The notes under the pieces are model-generated. The model searched no databases. It worked only from the letters and a program-made list of their open reading frames with translations, and was not told where the DNA came from. A DNA stretch of 64,000 bases. It comes from an uncultured Verrucomicrobiae bacterium (GTDB lineage Bacteria > Verrucomicrobiota > Verrucomicrobiia > Chthoniobacterales > UBA10450). The stretch lies in assembly GCA_963801815.1 (NCBI GenBank), contig CAWDGJ010000007.1, positions 32,001-96,000 on the forward strand, written 5' to 3'. Below are positions 29,301 through 36,885 of the stretch, piece by piece (position 1 is the first letter of the stretch; every line of letters begins with the position of its first letter). Position numbers and translations under genes: made by a program.

Positions 29301-29724
29301 TATATTGAATGAGCTGAGTCGCTTCTCCCTGAAGTTCCGACGCGTTGCTCGAAAGCAGCTCTTGAAACCGGTTGCGAGCTTCAGGCCAATCTTTGCTCAG
29401 AAATGGAATCTCAGCCAGGTTGAATCGCGCGTTCCAGAATTTCGGATCGATCCTCAGGGCTTCGCGCAATGCCGCTTCGGCTTTGTCGTAAATCCCCTGC
29501 CGCATGTAAATCACGCCGCGCAAATTCTGCGATTCGGCCAGATCGGGCTGACGCGCGTCGATCCCGTCGAGCTGTTTTAACGCCTCCGGGAAATTGCTAG
29601 AATCAAAAGCGCGAAACGCTTTGTCATACATTGCTTCCAGTTCTGCCTTCGACGGTGCGACGTTATCCGCCGCCAAAGACCCAAGCACGAGCACGGCAAT
29701 AGCCGCGATTTTCCGGAATTTCAT
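26389..29724 (-). CDS. 1111-aa membrane protein: duplicated TPR domain, A/P linker, TM, E/P-rich region, C-terminal repeat domain
   Basis: Long ORF with AAGGAGG RBS; signal peptide; two ~215-aa repeats each ending GWLQ; TM LLVGALVLAGMGLLAWVIV. Confidence 0.8.
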   Translation of the reverse strand: MKFRKIAAIAVLVLGSLAADNVAPSKAELEAMYDKAFRAFDSSNFPEALKQLDGIDARQPDLAESQNLRGVIYMRQGIYDKAEAALREALRIDPKFWNARFNLAEIPFLSKDWPEARNRFQELLSSNASELQGEATQLIQYKILLTYLLEGKENMVDSILAKFELSPDTPAVHYANAAIALQQKNTAEARDWMAQAEKNFSPQLNKLFAESLYEVGWLQKQAGQSRAALELTSAADRTAKTKAFAKSRVEQGLQAFQQRDFASALKFVNDADAADPNQASIITLRGEILMEEKQFDQAEAEFKKALKADPKFRQAQFNLALVPLKKKDYTTARDRFEALLGRTPGGDKGEAAQIIKFNIFMTFLLEGKESRAQKMMEQFQFTGDTPALYYAQAAWEFKHNNPNKATDWITSAKKIYSPALNLVFADSFYDLGWLQSPAVAMSPAPAAEAATALAEAQSEASPAIEPSPIPGTTLAKNKAGAPAIAGMEATAPKPEETAASAAVKEFSSRAPQSFAAGSPAKPDEIPTAAAPTFSPVVETPVAAESVPASAAALPREQAAAAKTAADKPAAQPAAEGPATKAPVVAAVSATPATVLAPARVGEVSRNRVDAQSLLVGALVLAGMGLLAWVIVPEVRRRGFNLPNFRRAAPVTGPQLGGMELAASGSSQKEMKVMPRLTGGPRQVSLKLRASEPSLRRAVVPLSKPGRAFGNGNGNGGSVVLEPSIEGNGKRPLELEPVEETFESVGPILESVGPVVEQGVFPAAAAVESEWAAQKLETPTFEMPQPIIAEPEPMAVEPEPVAMPEPEPFFAQMATMPEPQVEEPMFSPMEAVAQPELEPVGQGQPIPQLTPVEEPSIIEVTEPEPAAFEALRQKSEPFISPEPVIETPIYEPTTPVIMPEPIQIPTAQRGGSPQPAGAMQTAVQLTFAFEIASMQLTPTFKMGALQLRPASKIVTMRLAGSSPQPAMNLQVTFEIARIQPAGGTLGSVRLTPSQQQRPSVVGSPSFTVGGLHLVSDFAAAPLQLTPSQQGQAAVNVVAPFQIATVEFSPSFEISSIVLNSNSKQVMVQLPSAGGAVIEGAPMFEISNLQLTGSGEIGMMQLNLLGQGPRRAA

Positions 29725-29829
29725 GGCCTCCTTTACATGAAACCGTTTTGTCGGGTTGGTTACAAGCCTAAAATTCCGGCGAAGGCAGAAATTTTCTAAC
29801 CCCGGAGTCGAGGGCGCTATTTAACCCCT

Positions 29830-30570
29830 TTACCGGTTCAGGTTTGCCACGATTCGGAGGCCTTCCAGAGTCAAATTCGGATGGACGGCGTCGATTTCAT
29901 TCAAACGGGCGGCGATCAGATCGGCATAGCCGCCGGTCGCGATTACCCGCGCCTTCCTCCCCGAAAAGCGCTCAGATTTGATCCGTAGAATGATCTCACG
30001 CACCAGGCCGCGATAGCCGATTACCGCCCCCGCGCGCATTGCTTCCATTGTAGATTTCCCAACCGCCGACCGCGGTTCCTTGAGCGAAAGTTTGGGCAAA
30101 AGCGCGGTGCGCTGATAAAGAAAATTCGTCATCGACTCCAGGCCCGGCGCAATGACGCCGCCAATATATTTTCGTTGCGCCGAAACGATATCGAACGTAA
30201 CCGCGGTCCCGAAATCGACGACGATTGCCGGGCAACCATAAAGCGCGGCGACCGCCGCTGCATTGGCCAACCGATCCGCGCCGATCGCGTTCGGATTTGG
30301 ATAATCGATTCCAACTCCAAGTTTTGTCCGCGACGTTAACCACAAAATTTTCGTGCGGTTGGCGGCTGCCCGAACCAGCGCGTTTTTCTTTGGCACTACC
30401 GAACAGACAACGATGATGTCGATCTTATGACCGCGAACGAGGTGCTTGAGTCGCGCCCTGCTAAGCCTGGTCGTTTCGATGCGTTTTGGTTTCGAGATTC
30501 GCCCGGGCGTCGAGAATGCCGCTTTCGTGAACGAGTTGCTGATATCGATCAGGAGATAGTTCATCGCCAT
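29830..30570 (-). CDS. coaX: Type III pantothenate kinase
   Basis: IDISNSFTK, CSVVP, IGADR, VDFGTAVT, GGVIAPG, ATGG. Confidence 0.92.
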   Translation of the reverse strand: MAMNYLLIDISNSFTKAAFSTPGRISKPKRIETTRLSRARLKHLVRGHKIDIIVVCSVVPKKNALVRAAANRTKILWLTSRTKLGVGIDYPNPNAIGADRLANAAAVAALYGCPAIVVDFGTAVTFDIVSAQRKYIGGVIAPGLESMTNFLYQRTALLPKLSLKEPRSAVGKSTMEAMRAGAVIGYRGLVREIILRIKSERFSGRKARVIATGGYADLIAARLNEIDAVHPNLTLEGLRIVANLNR

Positions 30571-30609
30571 TGGCTTGCGAGAGTTTATTCAAACGGGTAG
30601 CCTCGTCGC

Positions 30610-31596
30610 GTGCGAAAATTGGTCCATCGTCCGCGGCGGTTGCGGCGGTCTCCTGCCCTGCGCAACCTCGTGCGCGAAACGAACCTCACTGCGCATGATT
30701 TTGTCTTGCCCCTTTTCGTCAGCGAGAAAATCGATAAACGCCGCGCCATCCCGAGCATGCCCGGCATTTTTCAATTCACAGTCGATGAAGTCGTAGATCA
30801 GGCGCAACAAGCCCAGGACGCGGGACTTCAAGCCATCTTGCTCTTTGGAATTCCCGACAAGAAAAACGAACAAGCCAGCGGCGCCTACGCTGAGAACGGC
30901 GTGATTCAAAAAGCGTTGCGCGCGATCAAAAAGAAATGTCCCGAACTCGTCACGATCACCGACGTTTGCCTTTGTGAATACATGAGCCACGGCCACTGCG
31001 GGGTTACGCGCATCGACGGCGAACATTTTCATGTCCTCAACGATGAATCGGTCGAGCTTTTGGCGAGAACGGCGGTCTCGCACGCAAAAGCTGGCGCGGA
31101 CATGGTCGCGCCAAGTGACATGATGGACGGCCGCATCGGCGCGATCCGGGAAGCGCTCGACGCCAGTGGATTTACCGACACCGGCATCATGAGTTATGCC
31201 GCAAAGTTCGCGTCCGTGTTTTACGGACCATTCCGGGACGCCGCCGAAAGTCCGCCCCAATTTGGCGATCGCCGCACTTATCAAATGGACATCGCGAATG
31301 CTGACGAAGCCTTGCGCGAAGTCGCACTCGATGTGGATGAAGGCGCGGATATTATTATGATCAAGCCTGCTTTGCCCTACCTGGATATTCTGTGGCGTGC
31401 GCGAGAGCGCTTTGGCAAACCCACCGCGGTGTATCACGTCAGCGGCGAATTCGCGATGGTCAAGGCCGCTGCCGAAAGGAAAGTCTTCGACGAGCGCGCC
31501 GCCGTTTTGGAAATCATGACTTCGATCAAGCGGGCCGGTGCCGACATCATCGTCACTTACTGGGCCCGCGAATTGGCCGAATGGACCAACGCCTGA
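30610..31596 (+). CDS. hemB: Porphobilinogen synthase
   Basis: RPRRLRR, DVCLCEYMSHGHCG, APSDMMDGR, FYGPFRDAA, MIKPA. Confidence 0.97.
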   Translation: MRKLVHRPRRLRRSPALRNLVRETNLTAHDFVLPLFVSEKIDKRRAIPSMPGIFQFTVDEVVDQAQQAQDAGLQAILLFGIPDKKNEQASGAYAENGVIQKALRAIKKKCPELVTITDVCLCEYMSHGHCGVTRIDGEHFHVLNDESVELLARTAVSHAKAGADMVAPSDMMDGRIGAIREALDASGFTDTGIMSYAAKFASVFYGPFRDAAESPPQFGDRRTYQMDIANADEALREVALDVDEGADIIMIKPALPYLDILWRARERFGKPTAVYHVSGEFAMVKAAAERKVFDERAAVLEIMTSIKRAGADIIVTYWARELAEWTNA

Positions 31597-32306
31597 AAAA
31601 CGGCCGCGGCGAAACCGAGGCACACGCACGATTAAAGCGACTTGCCCTGATTTGGGCGCAACGACAGGGCTATTCGGCTTGTGCGATGGAAGTAACGTTG
31701 CCGAGGTGTCGTTATCGCGCAGATCTCGCGGCTTATTACTCCGGTAGTAGTCGATCGAGCGTCACCGCAGTGTTCGAATGCAAACAAGCACTTGTCGATC
31801 TTCGTCGCGACAACGGCTGCGCCGCGACCACAGGGCGACGTTTGGAAAAAATTCACGCCCGCCGCGAAGTTTTGGAGCGCAACCTTCGCGTACATTACCC
31901 GGCGCTGCGCATCCGCGATTCTCTTTTCGCCGAATTCGACTCGCACAACTTCGAAGCGATCGATCACCGCGGTTACAAACAGGTGCTACGTCAAACGCGT
32001 GCGCTCCAAAACCGGCTTTTTGATTGTACTAAATTCGAGACACTGATTCGCTACCGCTGTGCAAATCTGTTCTTTCTCGTTTTGCCTGACAAATTGTTCC
32101 GTGAACCGGAAATTCCGATCGGCTGGGGCGCGTTGATTGAATCGAATGGTGGTCTGGAATTAGCGCGCAAACCGGCCTGGCATGATGTGGATCCCGAAAA
32201 TCAGCTTCGCTTCCTGCAGCGGATCGCTCGGGCCGGGACACGGGCTTTGAATCGAACGCTTAATATTACCTTCGAGGAAATCGGCGACAGGAATTGTGAG
32301 CTTTAG
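31581..32306 (+). CDS. PD-(D/E)XK nuclease-fold protein, MmcB-like
   Basis: H..LK, EVTLP..RADL, VFECKQ...DL..D, then after an insertion K...YRCANLFFLVLP...PIGWG; start overlaps the end of hemB. Confidence 0.65.
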   Translation: MDQRLKNGRGETEAHARLKRLALIWAQRQGYSACAMEVTLPRCRYRADLAAYYSGSSRSSVTAVFECKQALVDLRRDNGCAATTGRRLEKIHARREVLERNLRVHYPALRIRDSLFAEFDSHNFEAIDHRGYKQVLRQTRALQNRLFDCTKFETLIRYRCANLFFLVLPDKLFREPEIPIGWGALIESNGGLELARKPAWHDVDPENQLRFLQRIARAGTRALNRTLNITFEEIGDRNCEL

Positions 32307-32387
32307 TCGGCTCTCAATCCTATTTGCGCGGCACGACCAAGTTTCGGCCGGTCATGGATTCGACTTTGCTCACCACAAGTTTCCAAT

Positions 32388-33920
32388 CTAGACCGGGCGC
32401 AACAAGTTGTGCCCGGTCATCTCGGCCGGTTTTTCCATTCCGAGCAAAACCAAGAGCGTCGGCGCGACATCGGCAAGAATCCCATCTTCGCAGCGAAATT
32501 GCGTCGCGTCGTTCGCCACGTAAATGAAATGAACAAGGTTCGTGGTGTGCGCGGTGTTAGGTGAGCCGTCGGGGTTTCGCATTTGCTCGCAATTTCCGTG
32601 GTCGGCGGTAACGATCGCCTTTCCATCCAGCTCGAGCAGCCGCGAGATGATTTTGGCGCAACATTGATCGATCACTTCAACCGCTTTGATACCAGCCTGC
32701 ACCACTCCGGTGTGGCCAACCATGTCAGGATTGGCAAAGTTGAGAATGATCAGGTCAAATTTGTCGATCCGCTTCAATAACTCATCTGTGAGTTCAAACG
32801 CGCTCATCTCCGGCTTGAGATCATAGGTTGCGACTTTCGGCGACGGAACGAGAACGCGCTCTTCGCCCGGAAATGGTTTTTCGACGCCGCCATTGAAAAA
32901 ATAAGTCACGTGGGCGTACTTCTCGGTCTCGGCGATGCGGAGCTGTTGCTTGCCAGCTTTGCTCACGAGCTCGCCCAGAATATTCTTCAGTTCTGTCGGT
33001 GAAAAAATGAACGGCGACGGATAACGAACGTCGTATTGAGTGAGCGAAGTGAATTTTGTCTGCGGCCAGACTTCTCGATCAAAGCAATCGAAATCCTTAA
33101 ATAGGAACGCTTGCGAAAGCTGACGCGCGCGATCAGCCCGAAAATTGAAGAACAAGACGACATCATTGTCCCGAACTCGCTGCTCGTTCGCCTGAGCAAA
33201 AATTAATGGCGGCATAAACTCGTCCGTCTGGCCGGCTTTGTAATGTCGATCCAGCGCATCCGGCGGCGGTTCTCTGCAAATTTCGCCGCGTCCAAGAACA
33301 ATCGCGTCCCACGCTTTCTTTGTCCGGTCCCAACGACGGTCGCGATCCATGGCGAAATACCGACCGACGACCGTGACAATTTTCGCGCCACTCGATTCGA
33401 GCTTTTCTTCGCAAATCTTCAGAAACTTGCGTCCGCCCGTTGGGGATGAGTCACGTCCATCAGTAAACGCATGGACAAAAATGTCATTTACGCCGGCGGC
33501 CTTGGCCGCGTTCGCCAGCGCAATCATGTGATCGTAATGACTATGGACGCCGCCATCTGAAACCAAACCCAACAGGTGAAGCCGGTGTCCACGCGCGGCG
33601 GCAAATGTTTCCTGGGCAACACGATTGCTTTTCAGCTCACCGGCGGCGAGAGCCTTGTTTATTCGCGTCAAATCCTGGTAAACGATGCGACCGGCCCCGA
33701 GATTAAGGTGTCCAACTTCTGAATTCCCCATCTGGCCGTCAGGCAATCCAACGTCGCGTCCGCTAGCGCTTAGTTTGCTGCCCGGATAATCGGCATAGAG
33801 CTTGTCGTGAAACGGAGTCCGCGCGAGCAGCGTGGCATCGCCGTTCTCTTCCGCTTTCGCTTTTCCGCCTGGATTGATGCCCCAACCGTCGCGAATGATG
33901 AGAACGATCGGAACCGCCAT
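32388..33920 (-). CDS. gpmI: 2,3-bisphosphoglycerate-independent phosphoglycerate mutase
   Basis: DGWG, GQMGNSEVGH, SDGGVHSH, ETEKYAHVT, NPDMVGHTG, TADHGN. Confidence 0.97.
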   Translation of the reverse strand: MAVPIVLIIRDGWGINPGGKAKAEENGDATLLARTPFHDKLYADYPGSKLSASGRDVGLPDGQMGNSEVGHLNLGAGRIVYQDLTRINKALAAGELKSNRVAQETFAAARGHRLHLLGLVSDGGVHSHYDHMIALANAAKAAGVNDIFVHAFTDGRDSSPTGGRKFLKICEEKLESSGAKIVTVVGRYFAMDRDRRWDRTKKAWDAIVLGRGEICREPPPDALDRHYKAGQTDEFMPPLIFAQANEQRVRDNDVVLFFNFRADRARQLSQAFLFKDFDCFDREVWPQTKFTSLTQYDVRYPSPFIFSPTELKNILGELVSKAGKQQLRIAETEKYAHVTYFFNGGVEKPFPGEERVLVPSPKVATYDLKPEMSAFELTDELLKRIDKFDLIILNFANPDMVGHTGVVQAGIKAVEVIDQCCAKIISRLLELDGKAIVTADHGNCEQMRNPDGSPNTAHTTNLVHFIYVANDATQFRCEDGILADVAPTLLVLLGMEKPAEMTGHNLLRPV

Positions 33921-34011
33921 AAAGCACTGTGCCGACGATTAGGATTTCCGACAAGCGGTTTCCCGGTGCTCCGGGTTTGACAACGGCCAAGTGCGCTTCT
34001 ACATCGCGCTC

Positions 34012-35286
34012 GTGAAGTGGCGCAATCAATTGCTCGCCCTCTTGTGTCTGGTTGCCTTTGCCGGACTTGGCGTTCTCTATTTTCAACACTGGGTCGTCCA
34101 ACGACCATTTGGTTTGGTTCTTCTCATTGGTGAAGGCCTCGGACCGGAGCGTGTCGCAATGACACGCGTTTATCTCGGCGGTGCCGACGGCCGGTTGGCC
34201 CTGGACAACATGACAAACGTCGCCTTGGTGAAAAATTACTCCAAGGATTTCGCTGTGGCCGATCAAGCTGCAGCCGCGACCGCGCTGGCCACCGGCGAGA
34301 AGGTGAACAACCGCTCGATTTCAGTCGACACAAATGGAAAGGCACTGCCAACGATCATCGAGTTAGCTCGGGATAGCGGAAGAGCGGTTGGACTAATCAC
34401 CGACACTAGCCTAACGAATGCGACATGCGCCGCTTTCTACGCGCATTCGAACAACTCGAGCGATAAGGAACAGCTGGCAAAGCAATTTGTCGAAGGCGGT
34501 AAAGTCGATATCGGACTTGGCGCAAGCGCCGCCGAGTTCCTGCCGGAAGCGAAGCACGGTCGCAGACAGGACAATCGCGATCTTCTGCTCGAATTGCGAC
34601 GCGGCGGCTTCGACATTGTCCGTAATCGCGCGGACTTGGAAAGCATTCCAGCGTGGCGTCGGCCAAAGCTCTTCGGAGCATTTGGAGAAACTGAGTCGGC
34701 TCATGCCGATTCCGGTCAGAACTGGAGCGATGAACCAAGTTTGTCCGACATGGTTCGCCGAGCGGTTGAACTTTTGCAGTACAATCAACGCGGCTATTTG
34801 TTGATCGTCGATGCCGCACGAATGCGGGAAGCAGCCGAAACCAACAATGCGGAGAAAACGTTGGCGGAAACGGTTGAATTCGATCGAACCTTGGCCACGG
34901 TCCAGCGCTACGCCGGCGGAAGATCGATAATCATCGCTTGCGGTGATGTCGCACTCGGAGGCTTGCACGTTAATGGATTTCCATTTCGAAAAGACAGCGG
35001 AATTGCGTTGCTTGGACTGAATCCGGCCGGACAGCCGTGGATTACCTGGGCGACCGGACCAAAAGGAATGCAGTCTTACGGGGCAGCCAAGCTGCCGGAT
35101 AAAGGCGCAGCGTCCCCGAACGCAGAGTCAGAAAAGGAGCAATCGCAGCCGGCTGCCTTCTACACCAACTCGGCGCTGCCAACGATTGAAGACGTCGCGG
35201 CATTTGGATCAGGGCGAGGCAGCGAAGCGCTGCACGGAACCATCGATAACACCAGGATTTTCAGAGTTCTTCAAGACGAACTCTGA
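34012..35286 (+). CDS. Alkaline-phosphatase-fold protein lacking catalytic residues, N-terminal membrane anchor
   Basis: PhoA-like motifs LLIGEGLG, DQAAAATALATGEKVNN, PSLSDMVRRAVELL, EDVAAFGSG..LHGTIDNT; start may be 33991. Confidence 0.8.
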   Translation: MKWRNQLLALLCLVAFAGLGVLYFQHWVVQRPFGLVLLIGEGLGPERVAMTRVYLGGADGRLALDNMTNVALVKNYSKDFAVADQAAAATALATGEKVNNRSISVDTNGKALPTIIELARDSGRAVGLITDTSLTNATCAAFYAHSNNSSDKEQLAKQFVEGGKVDIGLGASAAEFLPEAKHGRRQDNRDLLLELRRGGFDIVRNRADLESIPAWRRPKLFGAFGETESAHADSGQNWSDEPSLSDMVRRAVELLQYNQRGYLLIVDAARMREAAETNNAEKTLAETVEFDRTLATVQRYAGGRSIIIACGDVALGGLHVNGFPFRKDSGIALLGLNPAGQPWITWATGPKGMQSYGAAKLPDKGAASPNAESEKEQSQPAAFYTNSALPTIEDVAAFGSGRGSEALHGTIDNTRIFRVLQDEL

Positions 35287-35308
35287 TTCGAATCAACGAG
35301 CAGAAAGA

Positions 35309-35340
35309 AAAACCCATCCACCGATCAGTGGATGGGTTTT
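35309..35340. terminator. Bidirectional intrinsic terminator
   Basis: aaaacccatccac-cgatca-gtggatgggtttt. Confidence 0.8.
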
Positions 35341-35359
35341 CAGTTCGATAATTTTGTTC

Positions 35360-36028
35360 TTACGGACTAACCAAGGGCACGAAGACGAAAGTCGGCGGAT
35401 CGGGAAGAGTTGGCGGCGGTCCTTCCGCCGGCGGCCCCTCGGCAACTTCCTTGGCTTCCTTCGAGTCTTTGAAATCTTTCCCATCGGCCGAACCCTGCGC
35501 GCCAGCTAAGGCCGTATTCGCAACCATCAAATTCGGGATCGCGGTGGAATAGACTCCGAGGTCCGCGATGCGGCCCGATTTGGTCACCTTAAATGTGAAC
35601 TTCACGTACTTCGCTTCGGTTGGACCAACTTTTATCTTCGTAACATTTGGAGTCAGGCTCTGCCGCGTGACCTGGTGCCATTGCAGGCTTCCCGCAGCCA
35701 GTTTCGAATTCGAGGTCGAAACCGAAACCGTGCCTAGACCATCGCGATTCGCGAACATGATGACATCGAAATTTTCAATCTTGGAAAGCGAAAGAACCAA
35801 CTCGCAAGTTCCTTCCGGAAGAGTGTAGCCGACAGTTGAATGATCTGAGATGAGTGCAACTTGAGCGAGGTTGTCATCGATACGAGCTCCGCCGCTAAAT
35901 CGCGCTAGGTTTCGCGAGTAGGCCGGCGACTGCTGGGCAAACAATTGCAGCCCGGTGGCGAGAATAATTCCGCAGGTGATAGCACCTATACGGGAAAGAC
36001 GAGAGAAGTGTGCGCTCATAATTTCCAT
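35360..36028 (-). CDS. Secreted hypothetical protein (possible discoidin-like beta-sandwich) with K/D-rich and Pro-rich C-terminus
   Basis: Signal peptide (LFA|Q); EAKYVKFTF..GRIADLGVY; tail DGKDFKDSKEAKEVAEGPPAEGPPPTLPDPPTFVFVPLVSP. Confidence 0.65.
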   Translation of the reverse strand: MEIMSAHFSRLSRIGAITCGIILATGLQLFAQQSPAYSRNLARFSGGARIDDNLAQVALISDHSTVGYTLPEGTCELVLSLSKIENFDVIMFANRDGLGTVSVSTSNSKLAAGSLQWHQVTRQSLTPNVTKIKVGPTEAKYVKFTFKVTKSGRIADLGVYSTAIPNLMVANTALAGAQGSADGKDFKDSKEAKEVAEGPPAEGPPPTLPDPPTFVFVPLVSP

Positions 36029-36160
36029 AGCTACAAAAACGATAATAGCTTGTCCGCCCCGTTTTTGGCAATACAAATCTTCCCCGCCGCTGAAATATCG
36101 CCCAAGTATCAAGTCACACCGCAAAACGATCCGACCGGCACGGCCGGAGCGGTCGAAGGA

Positions 36161-36778
36161 TTAGAGCCGGCTGGCGACGTGTTGCCCGGTGAGAAGCTGG
36201 CTACCGGCATAGAGGCCGCCGGTGGTCGAAGCGCGGAATTTTTTGCCTCCAGCATATGCATAGAGCGGGATGTAGGAGCTGCGCCCGGTGCGCTCAGCGC
36301 GCAAAGCTGACCAATTGATCGTCGGGTCGAGAATGTAAACACCGTTGGCGGTCGCCCATTCGAGCCAGGCGTGAGTCTTGCGGCTTGTCCAAAGGCGTTT
36401 TCCGATGACAAGTCGGACATTATCCGCGCCACTGGAACGCATGGTGTTGTAAAGAGCCACCGCTTTGCCTTTACAATCAGCATAGGCGCCCAATTGAACT
36501 TCCTCGGGCGTTTTCCAGTCCATGGAGAATCCGTACGGGATTGCCCGCAGATTGCCGATCCAGTTGTTTACAAGCCCCAGCGAAAGACTTTTGTCTTTGT
36601 GCTCGACGGCCGAGGCAAGGACCGGACGAATCCGGGTCATTTGTCGGTCATAGGGGGTAGAATTGACCGTGATATAACCAGTTTGGGCGAAAGCGGAAAG
36701 GCAGGAGAGACAGAAGAGGGTCAAACCGACAAGACCAAGTTTACGGAACGTATAAGGGTGAATGCTTATTGTGAGCAT
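36161..36778 (-). CDS. Transglutaminase-like cysteine peptidase (BTLCP/LapG-like, C93)
   Basis: Signal peptide; DWKTPEE, ADCKGKA (Cys), HAWL (His), YILD (Asp). Confidence 0.75.
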   Translation of the reverse strand: MLTISIHPYTFRKLGLVGLTLFCLSCLSAFAQTGYITVNSTPYDRQMTRIRPVLASAVEHKDKSLSLGLVNNWIGNLRAIPYGFSMDWKTPEEVQLGAYADCKGKAVALYNTMRSSGADNVRLVIGKRLWTSRKTHAWLEWATANGVYILDPTINWSALRAERTGRSSYIPLYAYAGGKKFRASTTGGLYAGSQLLTGQHVASRL

Positions 36779-36797
36779 AATTACTATAACTTCCATA

Positions 36798-36813
36798 AGC
36801 ACGGCGTATGCCA
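36798..36813 (-). promoter_or_regulatory. Sigma54 -24/-12 promoter candidate
   Basis: Minus strand reads TGGCATACGCCGTGCT (GG-N10-GC), about 20 bp upstream of the peptidase ATG. Confidence 0.6.
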
Positions 36814-36885
36814 CTGCACGCCGCCAAAACTCCCATTGGCAAACCGTCGGAATACGGCAGACTCGGATTGCCCGAGCCAGCTCCT

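Noticed and set aside
30589..31629. Long antisense or alternate-frame ORFs (e.g. 346 aa opposite hemB; also 9867-10709, 15596-16621, 41127-41999, 42074-42874)
   Set aside because: Shadow ORFs of well-supported genes in GC-rich DNA, with no recognisable motifs
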